58,688 bases of DNA from Acetobacteraceae bacterium (lineage in GTDB: Bacteria; Pseudomonadota; Alphaproteobacteria; Acetobacterales; Acetobacteraceae): assembly GCA_003133265.1 (NCBI GenBank), contig PKWQ01000024.1:1-58688 (forward strand), given 5' to 3'. Both the position numbers and the translations under genes were made by a program. Positions within the stretch are counted from its first letter, which is position 1, and every line of letters begins with the position of its first letter. This document shows, piece by piece, positions 16,926 through 25,441 of this stretch. Under the pieces are notes generated by a model. That model saw only the letters and a program-made list of their open reading frames with translations. It searched no databases and was not told the origin of the DNA.

Positions 16926-16934
16926 TGCGCCCCG

Positions 16935-17477
16935 TCAACTGCCGAAAGTGGCGCTGATCTCCTTGGCGATGACGTCCATGACCGCGCGCTGATCGTTCGG
17001 GCCAAACCCGAGATACGGCCGCTGCGGCACGGTGACCGACTGGACATGCACCCGCACGATCCCGGTCTTGCTCTTGCCGCCCTTCGGTCCGACCGGCCCG
17101 GCGACGCCGAGGTTAAATGCCAGGCCCTTCGGGGTCTTCGCCTTGATCGTCGCGCCGAACTGGTGAACGGCGGCATAGATCCGGTTGCTGCCGACGGTGA
17201 CCTGGTTCCCCGAGGTGGCGAAGGTGATCGAGCGTTGCAGCATGCCGCTCGCGCGCAGGATACCGGGGCCTTTCTTGATCAGCGCATAGGCCGGCAGCAG
17301 CCCCACCCATTTCTGCCCGAACGGGTCCTTGGCGGATTCGAAGCGCTGGTTCACCGTCTCCACCAGCGCCACGCCGATCGCGCGGATCGTGCCGGTGCGC
17401 AGCACGCCGCCGAGCTTCTGCACGCCGGCGTCGAACGCCTTGTCGTCGAGGGTGAAGCTGATGCGCGCGCCCGTCAT
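16935..17477 (-). CDS. virion morphogenesis protein, Mu gpG-like
   Basis: ORF 16935..17828 trimmed to MTGARISFTLDDKAFDAGVQKLGG... at 17477, which has an ATGA overlap with the MuF-like gene. Confidence 0.8.
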   Translation of the reverse strand: MTGARISFTLDDKAFDAGVQKLGGVLRTGTIRAIGVALVETVNQRFESAKDPFGQKWVGLLPAYALIKKGPGILRASGMLQRSITFATSGNQVTVGSNRIYAAVHQFGATIKAKTPKGLAFNLGVAGPVGPKGGKSKTGIVRVHVQSVTVPQRPYLGFGPNDQRAVMDVIAKEISATFGS

Positions 17478-18262
17478 TCGTTGTCGGGTCCGCCGTCGCC
17501 ACCGCCGGGCAGCTCCACCTCGGGTTCCGGCCCGACCGAGCGCCAGTTCGGCGCCTTCACCGGCAGCGCCTTCGGCCCTTCCTTCCACGCCTGCCCGACA
17601 TTGTAGTCGAAGCCCGGATCGATCCCGACCGGCACCTGGTGCTCCACGCCCGAGCGGCTGCGCCACGCGCGTGTTTCGATCGGGGGCGCGGTGTCGGGGG
17701 CGCTCTTGCCCATGCGGCCGAGCCCGGCATCGCTGGTGGCGCTGACCCGGCAGCCGCAGCGCCAGCCGTTCGGCGGGTAGTGGCTCGCCCAGAATGGATC
17801 GTCCGCCTTCAGCGTCAGGCCGTTCCACGCCAGATGCTGCAAGCGCGGATGGCTGCTGCCGGAGTGGATATACGTCCAGAAGGGGAAATGCTTCAGCGTC
17901 TCCGGCTCGGTGAGCTGGGCGTAGCGGCCGGCCGAATAGGCGGCCGAGAGGTTGGTCTCGTAGATGATGCGGCTGCGCCAGCCGGGCGTGCCGTTGTAGT
18001 CCCAGCCATGCTTCTCGACGATGGAATCGAACACCTTGCGGAAGGTGGCAAGCGTGGTGCCATCCTTCAGCGCCCCGGCGATAGCGGTCTGGAAATCCTC
18101 CAGCAGCGCGTCGGTGGCGGCGCCGGCGACCATGAAGCTGTGCGCGTGCGCGGTGCGCCAGACGTCGTCCCAGTGCGCGGTCGGCACGCGGGCCTTGCCA
18201 CGGAAGAAGTCGATCGCCTCCTCGAACGGGAGGCTGATGCCTTCGAGGATCGGATCAGCCAT
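17474..18262 (-). CDS. head morphogenesis protein, Mu gpF (gp30)-like
   Basis: 262-aa ORF containing ...SRIIYETNLSAAYSAGRY...FPFWTY...HP.H..WNG...PPNGWRCGCRV..., which is typical of the Mu F family. Confidence 0.85.
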   Translation of the reverse strand: MADPILEGISLPFEEAIDFFRGKARVPTAHWDDVWRTAHAHSFMVAGAATDALLEDFQTAIAGALKDGTTLATFRKVFDSIVEKHGWDYNGTPGWRSRIIYETNLSAAYSAGRYAQLTEPETLKHFPFWTYIHSGSSHPRLQHLAWNGLTLKADDPFWASHYPPNGWRCGCRVSATSDAGLGRMGKSAPDTAPPIETRAWRSRSGVEHQVPVGIDPGFDYNVGQAWKEGPKALPVKAPNWRSVGPEPEVELPGGGDGGPDNE

Positions 18263-18265
18263 CGG

Positions 18266-18892
18266 TCAGGCGGCGAGCGGCAGGCGCTCGGCCTGGCGTT
18301 GCGGTGGGCGCAGGAAGCCGACGCGGGCTTCGCCGGCGTGGGCATGGTCCCAGATGAACCAGGCGTAGGCCTTGGAGGTGCCCTTGTCCCAGGCTTCAAT
18401 CGGCGCATCGAAGTCGGGCGCAAGTTCGCCGGACGGACAGTTCACCCGCCAACTGAACACCAGCACGCGGGACAACGGCGTCGTCGGGAACCAGGCCCCG
18501 CGCTTGATGCCTTCCAGGAACGTCAGCGGCGCGAAGATCGCGACCTTCCTGGTGGTGAGCTTCAACGCGCGATCGATCCAGGCGTTGATGATCTTGTAGG
18601 GCGGGTTGCAGATGATGTTGTCCATCAACGGTGGACTGTGGCGCATGAAGTCGATACCGCCGCCGCCGAACCCGCGATCGACCAGGTCAGTGCCGAAGCC
18701 GTCGATCCCGCGTTCCTCGATCACACGCGGGATGGTGCCTCGGCCGCAGGCCGGGTCCCACACGCGGCCCTCGATCGGCTCGGCGTCCAGCAGCGCGCGC
18801 ACGGCGTGCGGCGGCTCGACGTACCAGTCGTGGGCATTGCGGGCATAGCCGCTGCCCCGCGCGTTGCCGCGCGGCTTGCCCTTTGTGGTCAC
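18266..18892 (-). CDS. DNA methyltransferase (NPPY-type, N6-adenine or N4-cytosine), phage cargo
   Basis: ORF 18266..19072 trimmed to GTG at 18892 (GTGA overlap). Motif I-like VWDPACGRGTI and motif IV DNIICNPPYK are present. Confidence 0.75.
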   Translation of the reverse strand: MTTKGKPRGNARGSGYARNAHDWYVEPPHAVRALLDAEPIEGRVWDPACGRGTIPRVIEERGIDGFGTDLVDRGFGGGGIDFMRHSPPLMDNIICNPPYKIINAWIDRALKLTTRKVAIFAPLTFLEGIKRGAWFPTTPLSRVLVFSWRVNCPSGELAPDFDAPIEAWDKGTSKAYAWFIWDHAHAGEARVGFLRPPQRQAERLPLAA

Positions 18893-19449
18893 CGGGTGAC
18901 CAGGGCGCGGCAGTGGCGATCCTCGGCCAGCAGGAAGCCGAACAGCGGCCAGAGCTTGTTGAGCGCGTTGCCGTAGGCCAGCCCCTCGCCGATCTCCCGG
19001 TCGTAGTTCGCGGGGTCCACGCACGCCGACTCGCCGCGCACCGAATAGCCGTTGTCCAGCGTGATGCTGCACAAGGTCACCGTCTCGTTCAGCCGCAGAT
19101 AGGTGACGTCGCGGATCCGGCTCTCGATCGCTGCCTTTGTCACCTTCTCGCCCGGCTTGGCGGCGATCGCCGCGTCCAGGTCGCTCGGCAGGGCCCCCGG
19201 GGTCAAATTCTCCCGCTCCGGCCAGCGCCAGCCCGCGCAGACGTTCCGGACGCCTTTACCCAGGATGGCCCAGCCTAGAACCGAGGTCCGGACGCCGGGT
19301 CCTTCCCCATCAAAGAAGACAACAAGGTTGACGCAATCGTCAGTCCAGACGCGCGTGATGATCGCGGGATGGAACCGCGAGCCGTTCACCGCTCCCGCGA
19401 CATCTGTGACATATACGACGATCCGCCCGATCGCCGGCTCCGTGCTCAT
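18889..19449 (-). CDS. phage protein with N4 Gp49 / Sf6 gp66-like C-terminal domain
   Basis: ORF trimmed to MSTEPAIGRIVVY... at 19449 (ATGA overlap). The C-terminus ITLDNGYSVRGESACVDPANYDREIGEGLAYGNALNKLWPLFGFLL resembles that family as I remember it. Confidence 0.65.
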   Translation of the reverse strand: MSTEPAIGRIVVYVTDVAGAVNGSRFHPAIITRVWTDDCVNLVVFFDGEGPGVRTSVLGWAILGKGVRNVCAGWRWPERENLTPGALPSDLDAAIAAKPGEKVTKAAIESRIRDVTYLRLNETVTLCSITLDNGYSVRGESACVDPANYDREIGEGLAYGNALNKLWPLFGFLLAEDRHCRALVTR

Positions 19450-19934
19450 GTCGGCACCTTCGTCGCTTGCGCGATCCCCAGCGCGAGCTGAATGCCCGCC
19501 AGCTTCTCCGCCGCCGGCCACTGGATGCGCGCGCTGCCCTCGGCCAGCGCGATCGCGCCGACCATTGCCAGCATCGTCGGCGGCGAGTGCGGATTGACCG
19601 GGCCATTCGGCTGCACGCCGATCTGTCCGCACACCAGGGCGACGTAGCCCGGCGTGTTGTTGTTGTCCCCCGGCGGCGCATAGCGGTCGATGATGCGCTC
19701 GACCGTGTAGCATCCGTCCTTCTCGAAATATGTCAGCAGGCAGACGGCCAGCGCGCGCCAGCCCATCGTGCGGCTGTCGAAGATCGCGAAAGGGCCACCA
19801 GGTGCGTTATCGATGCCGGTCTGGCCGTTCCATTTCTGGCCGGCGGCCAGACAGCGCAGGTCGCCAGGGTTGTTGTTCCGCCACGGGCGCTCGAGCGTCC
19901 ATGCGGGCGGCGGTGCAGCGGCAGGCGTGTTCAT
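19446..19934 (-). CDS. phage protein with RNNNPGDLR motif, function unknown
   Basis: 162-aa ORF with an ATGA overlap to the portal gene. The motif WRNNNPGDLR...W.G....D...GPFAIF.....G.RAL recurs in a family of prophage proteins whose function I do not know. Confidence 0.6.
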   Translation of the reverse strand: MNTPAAAPPPAWTLERPWRNNNPGDLRCLAAGQKWNGQTGIDNAPGGPFAIFDSRTMGWRALAVCLLTYFEKDGCYTVERIIDRYAPPGDNNNTPGYVALVCGQIGVQPNGPVNPHSPPTMLAMVGAIALAEGSARIQWPAAEKLAGIQLALGIAQATKVPT

Positions 19935-21562
19935 TTCTGTCCCCTCAGTTCTTCAACCAGGCTGGCCTGTCCGACCATCTCGGCCAGGGCCATGCCGCGC
20001 GCCATCGCCTCGGTGAATTCGGCGCGCGGCAGTTTCAGATCGTGCAACCGGCTCGCCAGGTCGCGCATGTCGGTGGCGGCGTGGAGCGCGACGCGCACAT
20101 GTTCGGTCAGCCCGTGCATCGCGCCGGCCGCATCGTCCGCAAGGCGCGTGGTCAGCGCGTCCAGCACGTCGTCCGGTGCCTCGCTGTGCCGGCTGATCAG
20201 GGCGCCGAGCCATGCCGGACGCTGGCTGAAGCCATCCATCGGGAGTGCCTTCGCGGGCGTCGGGATCACCGGCTTCTCCACTGGAGCCGCCGCGCCGCCG
20301 ACCACTTCGTCGCCGTCTTCCGGTTTGCTCAATCCCAACCGCTCGCGGATCTCCGACGCCTTCACCTTCAGGCCCATGCTGCCCAGGTCGGCGACGGCCT
20401 CGACCACATCCTTGATCGGGATCTCGTTCGGACGCCCGATCGTGATCGTCGGGTATTCTTTCTGCGGCCCGAACGTGAACGCGATCATCGGCGCGACGAG
20501 CTGCCGGTTGATCGTGACGTTCAGCAGGAAGGCGTCGAACTTCTCGACGTCGTCTTCGCCGGCCCGGTGTTCGCGGCCGACCGCGTGGCCGCCGGCGATC
20601 GCTTCGGTGCCGGCCGTGCCGCCCAGGACGAGCTTCGAGACCTCGCGGTTCAGCCAGTCCATGCGCTTTTCGTACAGCACGGCGCCGGCGGCCTTGTCCG
20701 AGTGCGTGACGAATTCCATCGTCATGCTTTCGGGGATGATCGCCGCCACGTCGCCGGCGATCGACGACACCGCGCGCCACAGCACCCGCTTGTCGTCGTC
20801 GGACGCGCCCGGCCCGTACTTGCCCACGCGGATCGGCAGCCCATACGCCTGCACGAACAGCGCCCAATCCTTCAGCGTGAAGCTGGCGTAGCACCACAGG
20901 AACGCCACCGGCATCGTCAGGCCGGCGCGGACGGTGTTGCCGCTCTTGTAGGGATGCCGGTGCACCAGGAACTTGTGATCTTGTAGCGGCTCCAATCCCT
21001 TCTCGCTGCGCAGCCAGAGCGTGTTTCCGTCCTCGTAGGAGAACTCGAAGAACCGCTGCGGACGATATGCCAGCCGCGCCGGCCGGCTGATCCCGGGTTC
21101 CTGCTCCCAGATGATTTCCTGGACGGAGAAGCCTTTGCCGATCGCGTCGACCATGTCGAACAGAGCCAGCTGCAGCACGCCGGTCTTGATCCAGTCCCGC
21201 ACGAATTCGGCGTGCTTGCGATATTCCGGGTTCTTCTCGTCGGCCGCCGCGACGGTGATCGGCATCTGCACCACCTGGCGCTTCCGCTTGCCCAGCACGG
21301 TGGCGTAATGGGGGAAGTGCTCCTCGATCTCCTCGGCCAGGACGAACCACTCGTAGCTGCTGCCGTTCTTCGCCGCCTTGACGATGGCGCCCAGGCGCTG
21401 CGGGTTGATGCCCCAGGCGATGTCGCCGGTGTATGGCGGCCGGGCGTATTGACCGCCGACGGGACTGATTTCCTGTTTCAGCGCGGCGATCTGCTCGCGC
21501 GGGATCGGTTTCCCGAACTGGTCTAAGAGGCCGCTAATCGCCATCTTGAAACTCGCTTTCAC
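19931..21562 (-). CDS. portal protein, Mu gpH (gp29)-like
   Basis: 543-aa ORF in the position between TerL and MuF, with a DUF935-type N-terminus. The alternative start is MAISGLL at 21544. Confidence 0.85.
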   Translation of the reverse strand: MKASFKMAISGLLDQFGKPIPREQIAALKQEISPVGGQYARPPYTGDIAWGINPQRLGAIVKAAKNGSSYEWFVLAEEIEEHFPHYATVLGKRKRQVVQMPITVAAADEKNPEYRKHAEFVRDWIKTGVLQLALFDMVDAIGKGFSVQEIIWEQEPGISRPARLAYRPQRFFEFSYEDGNTLWLRSEKGLEPLQDHKFLVHRHPYKSGNTVRAGLTMPVAFLWCYASFTLKDWALFVQAYGLPIRVGKYGPGASDDDKRVLWRAVSSIAGDVAAIIPESMTMEFVTHSDKAAGAVLYEKRMDWLNREVSKLVLGGTAGTEAIAGGHAVGREHRAGEDDVEKFDAFLLNVTINRQLVAPMIAFTFGPQKEYPTITIGRPNEIPIKDVVEAVADLGSMGLKVKASEIRERLGLSKPEDGDEVVGGAAAPVEKPVIPTPAKALPMDGFSQRPAWLGALISRHSEAPDDVLDALTTRLADDAAGAMHGLTEHVRVALHAATDMRDLASRLHDLKLPRAEFTEAMARGMALAEMVGQASLVEELRGQK

Positions 21563-21821
21563 GCACGATCGGATCGTCGGGGTTTGTCGTCGGCCGCAGA
21601 TGCGACGGCAGGCGGCGGCGGTAGTGCCAGGCCATGCGCGTCAGCATCAGCCGATCGGCGGTATCGAAGGTCGCGGGATCGCGGCGCAGGAAGACGAACT
21701 CATAGGAGCGTGGCGCGGCGGCCGAGCGAAGCCGCTCGCAGGTCACGCGGTCGCCGGCGACCAGCGCGGCGTGGACGCGCATGCCTTCCTCGGGGTCGGG
21801 TTCCGGTGCGGCGAAGGTCAT
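21534..21821 (-). CDS. hypothetical protein between TerL and portal
   Basis: ORF trimmed to MTFAAPEPDPEEG... at 21821 (ATGA overlap with the TerL stop). 95 aa. Confidence 0.5.
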   Translation of the reverse strand: MTFAAPEPDPEEGMRVHAALVAGDRVTCERLRSAAAPRSYEFVFLRRDPATFDTADRLMLTRMAWHYRRRLPSHLRPTTNPDDPIVRESEFQDGD

Positions 21822-23374
21822 CGCGCCCAGTTCCCCCGAAGATCGGGCATCATGCCCGAGGTTGTTCCGCGTTCGTCTTCCCACTCGTCGGGCCGGTCGC
21901 GCCACGCGTGTTCGGCTTCCACCTGGCGCGGGCCGGCGGCCTGATAGCCGTATTCCTCCGGGTCGGCACAGCTCGCGCAATAGGCCAGCGCCAGCGCGAT
22001 CGCGGCGTCTCCGTGGCGGCTCGCCTTCTCGTCCACGCGGGTGCGATCGGCGACCCGCGCCACGCCACGGATCAGCTTCAGGCTGCGCAGATCGGTGTGG
22101 ATGTCGCGGTCCATCGGCAGCGTGGCCATCGCGTCTTCCAGCGCGGCCTTCATCGGCGGCATGTTCTGGCGATACCAGTCCTCGGTGAACCGCACCTCTT
22201 CGACGCGGGCGCCGTAGCGCTGCATCGTCACCTCGGCGAGGTAGGCGCCGTTGCCGCCCGCATCCAGCTTCACCGCGCGGAACCGGACGCGGTCCAGCAG
22301 GTAGTGCAGGATCTGTTTCTGCTGCTCGAACGGGACATTCCGCAGCTCGATCACCAGGCGCGTGTCGCGCACCATGCTGGTGGTGATCGCCAGCAGCCAG
22401 AACACCGTCAGGTCGCGGATGCGGCCGAAGTCGCCGCCCAGTGCGTGCAGCGCCTTCGGGTCGATCCGATCAGCGACGGGACGGAGGTTTTCCTCGATCC
22501 AGTCCTGCACCGTGGCGCGGCGCAGATGCTCCGGCCAGGTGCCCATGCCATCCGGCGCCGTGTAGCGCAGCACCGGGATGCCCTGGACGCTGCGCGCCTC
22601 GATCAGCACGCCGGTCAGATAGGCGCCGGTGGAAGGGTTGGGGATGACGTCCAGTTCCTCGGCGGCGCTGTCGCCGTATTTCGAGTAGATGTCGGCCATC
22701 CAGGCGGCTTCGCCTTCCTGGGTCCACTCGATCCCCATCTTCAGGCAGATGCGGCGATACAGTCCCTCGGCTACCGCTTCCTTGAACGTCAGCCGCTGCA
22801 CGACGCCCGAACGCCGGCCGGCGCGGATCTCGTTGATCAGTTGGTTGAACGGGTTGGTTTCGCCATTGTGGGTGGAGACGACAACGACGCGCCCGCCCCA
22901 CATCAGCAGCGCCATCGCCGCCTTCAGCACTTCCTCCAGATCGTCCATGAATGCGGCCTCGTCCAGGATGACCAGCCCCTGCTTGCCGCGCAGCGCGCGG
23001 GCGACGGACGGCAGGGCGATCACCTCGAAGCCGGACGCGAACTTGATCCGGAAGGCGTTGATGTCTTTCTCGGGCCGTTCCGGATCGGTGAAGATGAACT
23101 CCTGCACCTCCGACGCCGCGACCTGCAGCGACTTGGCCCACTCCGCGACGTAGTCGATGAACTCGCGGGTCATCTCCTTGTCGTAGCCCATATACAGGAC
23201 ATCCTGGCCGTGATCGGCGCGGCTCTTGGATGCCTCGGTCGCGGAAATCCCAGCCAGCGCCCAGGAGAACCCGGTGCGGCGGCTTTTCTCATCGACCACC
23301 AGGCGATTGGCCTCGATCGCGTGCCACAGGCGCTGCTGATAGGGCAGGAAGACCGGAGGCAGAGCGGCTGTCAT
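21818..23374 (-). CDS. terminase large subunit, Mu gp28-like
   Basis: ORF 21818..23494 trimmed to MTAALPPVFLPYQQRLW... at 23374 (ATGA overlap with the lipase gene). About 518 aa, with a gp27-like gene upstream. Confidence 0.85.
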   Translation of the reverse strand: MTAALPPVFLPYQQRLWHAIEANRLVVDEKSRRTGFSWALAGISATEASKSRADHGQDVLYMGYDKEMTREFIDYVAEWAKSLQVAASEVQEFIFTDPERPEKDINAFRIKFASGFEVIALPSVARALRGKQGLVILDEAAFMDDLEEVLKAAMALLMWGGRVVVVSTHNGETNPFNQLINEIRAGRRSGVVQRLTFKEAVAEGLYRRICLKMGIEWTQEGEAAWMADIYSKYGDSAAEELDVIPNPSTGAYLTGVLIEARSVQGIPVLRYTAPDGMGTWPEHLRRATVQDWIEENLRPVADRIDPKALHALGGDFGRIRDLTVFWLLAITTSMVRDTRLVIELRNVPFEQQKQILHYLLDRVRFRAVKLDAGGNGAYLAEVTMQRYGARVEEVRFTEDWYRQNMPPMKAALEDAMATLPMDRDIHTDLRSLKLIRGVARVADRTRVDEKASRHGDAAIALALAYCASCADPEEYGYQAAGPRQVEAEHAWRDRPDEWEDERGTTSGMMPDLRGNWAR

Positions 23375-23994
23375 GCCGGCACCAGGGCGGCCGACAGCGC
23401 GGCCTGGTAGCCGGCGATGGCGTGATCGTCGATCGGGTTCCATGCCGGCTTGCCGATCCGCGTCCAGGCGCGGTCGTTCAGGAACGGCCAGCATGGCGCC
23501 TCCGGCACCGGATCGTCGCCGTTGCGGTAGCGGCGCCCCTCGATCGGCGCCAGCAGCGCGGCGAACGGCGCCATCCCCACGCGCAGCGCGCCGAAGGTGG
23601 TCAGCCGCGCCGGCACGATTCCGCGCGACTTCCCCAGCGCGCCGACGCCGAGCGCGAAGCCGCCGCCCAGGCTATGACCGCCCATCATGAAGCGGGGTGC
23701 ACGGACCATGGCGTCGAAGAACTGCTGGAAGATCGCCTCAGCGCCGGTGATGACGCCGTCGTGGCAGCGTCCGACCTCGGGATGGTCCACCAGGTGCGAC
23801 GGCCACGCGGAGAAATCCGTGAACCAGTCTTCCCAATGATCGGGTCGCGTGCCGGGGAAAGCGGCGAATGTGATGCCGTTCTTCTCGGTCAGCACCACGC
23901 GCACGTCGCCGGCGACCAGGGTCGGCGTCAGGTCATAGCTGGCGGTCACGAACGAGCACAGGTCGGCGTCGAAGGCGAGGGATTGGTCAGGCAT
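23371..23994 (-). CDS. class 3 lipase-family alpha/beta hydrolase (phage cargo)
   Basis: 207 aa. It has ...FAAFPGTRP..WEDWFTDF...GR.H.G... and the nucleophile elbow GGHSLGGG, with DDH near the C-terminus and no signal peptide. It is translationally coupled on both sides. Confidence 0.75.
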   Translation of the reverse strand: MPDQSLAFDADLCSFVTASYDLTPTLVAGDVRVVLTEKNGITFAAFPGTRPDHWEDWFTDFSAWPSHLVDHPEVGRCHDGVITGAEAIFQQFFDAMVRAPRFMMGGHSLGGGFALGVGALGKSRGIVPARLTTFGALRVGMAPFAALLAPIEGRRYRNGDDPVPEAPCWPFLNDRAWTRIGKPAWNPIDDHAIAGYQAALSAALVPA

Positions 23995-24580
23995 GGGCCG
24001 GCGCCTCCGCCTTCACGCCGAAGATCGCGGCCTTGATTGCGTCGGCCGTCTCGGCGCTGATCCCGCGTGCCTTCGTCACCGTCTCGACGGCGGCGACCGC
24101 GGCCTTCTTGGTCCGGTCCTCCGCCCGCTTTTCCACCTGCGCGGCGAAATCCGCGTTCGCCTTCTGCGCCTTCGACAGATGGTCGATCGCCTTCGACAGC
24201 AGCATGATCCCCTCGGGGTTCCCCGCCAGCGCCGCCGCGCCGTCCTTGTCCACGTCCTCGCCGTCGGCCGAGCGCATCTTCAGGTCCAGGATGGCGCTGT
24301 GCATGATCTCGATGTTCAGCCGCGCCGTTTCGGACTCGGGCGCATCGCCGAGCTGCTGCACCAGCGCCGTGGCGACCTCCCGCGAGCGGCGGATTTGCTC
24401 GGCCACGCGCTCCAGCCCCTTCACGTGCCGGCCCATGGCGGAGCGGCTGACCGTCGTCACCCCGTGCATCGTGGCAAGGTGCGCGACGATCTGGTCGATG
24501 GTGCAGCCCTGCATGCGCAGCCGGCCGATCTCGGACTGTATCCGGGGCTCGAGCGTGTCGATCGACGACGGGCGGGTCAT
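23987..24580 (-). CDS. terminase small subunit-like protein, Mu gp27 (DUF3486-type)
   Basis: ORF trimmed to MTRPSSIDTLEPRIQSEIGRLRMQGCTIDQIVAHL... at 24580. It has an N-terminal HTH and a helical C-terminus. Confidence 0.7.
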   Translation of the reverse strand: MTRPSSIDTLEPRIQSEIGRLRMQGCTIDQIVAHLATMHGVTTVSRSAMGRHVKGLERVAEQIRRSREVATALVQQLGDAPESETARLNIEIMHSAILDLKMRSADGEDVDKDGAAALAGNPEGIMLLSKAIDHLSKAQKANADFAAQVEKRAEDRTKKAAVAAVETVTKARGISAETADAIKAAIFGVKAEAPAHA

Positions 24581-24584
24581 CGGA

Positions 24585-24896
24585 TCAGTCGTCGGGCTGA
24601 AGCTGCGCGATGCCGGCGTGCGGACGTCCGTTCGCGACATCCTGCCCGGCGAGGAGCAGATGCGCGATCCACAGATCGCCCGTGGCCTTCGGCATCTTTT
24701 CGACGCGGATCAGGCCGTGCTGCTCCAGGAATTGCAGGTCGGCGCGGATCAGGTCCTTCGTGGCGCCGGGACTGCCGAGCCGCTCCAGCACCTGACGGAC
24801 GATGTCCTCGTTCAGGTTGTAGCCCGGGACCTCCGCCAGCGTGCGCAGCATCGCCAGGCGCCGGTCCTCGGCGAGGACTTTCGTCAGGTTCATCAT
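24585..24896 (-). CDS. small phage protein, Mu gp26 position (winged-helix-like)
   Basis: 103-aa ORF with an ATGA overlap to the upstream gene. Confidence 0.55.
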   Translation of the reverse strand: MMNLTKVLAEDRRLAMLRTLAEVPGYNLNEDIVRQVLERLGSPGATKDLIRADLQFLEQHGLIRVEKMPKATGDLWIAHLLLAGQDVANGRPHAGIAQLQPDD

Positions 24897-25231
24897 TGTT
24901 GTTTTTCCCAGTCGAGCCGTGCGTTGACGAACAGGGTCAACTGCCTTTCGATGCGGATCAGGCTTTCTTTTAGCCCCTGCGTGTGGGCGTTCCCCACCGC
25001 GACATCGCGCGCGACATTGGCGACCTTGTCGCTGAGCCCGTTGAAATCGTCGTGGCTGGGAATAAGCTGCAAGCGGGTCTCGACAACGCCCAGGCGCTCC
25101 ACCGCGTCGTCATGCGCCGCCTTGGTGACGAAATCGTTCGCCAGCCTGCCGCGCAGCGTCCAGAACAGGATGCCCATAACGAAACCGCCGACCACCGTCA
25201 TCGCGGCGAAATCCGACCACGTCATGTTCAT
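24893..25231 (-). CDS. membrane-anchored coiled-coil protein (DUF2730-like), lysis-region gene
   Basis: ORF trimmed to MNMTWSDFAAMTVVGGFVMGILFWTL... at 25231 (ATGA overlap). It has one N-terminal TM segment. Confidence 0.65.
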   Translation of the reverse strand: MNMTWSDFAAMTVVGGFVMGILFWTLRGRLANDFVTKAAHDDAVERLGVVETRLQLIPSHDDFNGLSDKVANVARDVAVGNAHTQGLKESLIRIERQLTLFVNARLDWEKQQ

Positions 25232-25440
25232 TGGCCCATGGTCCTTTCGGCATCTTCCTGGCAGGCCACGCACAGGCACGCATTCGGCAGAACCGCGAGC
25301 CGCTGGGCGGGGATTTCCTTGCCGCACGCCAGACAGTCGTTGCCGGACACCTGGCGCCGCGGCGGGCGTGGGCGATGGAGCAGCAGGGCATTTTCGATAA
25401 CGCCCTGCTGCTCCGCCGCGCGGTCGGCGTTGTCGGCCAC
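25228..25440 (-). CDS. TraR/DksA-family C4 zinc-finger protein
   Basis: 70 aa with CLACGKEIPAQRL...CVACQ, the typical phage TraR zinc finger. Confidence 0.8.
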   Translation of the reverse strand: MADNADRAAEQQGVIENALLLHRPRPPRRQVSGNDCLACGKEIPAQRLAVLPNACLCVACQEDAERTMGQ

Positions 25441-25441
25441 G

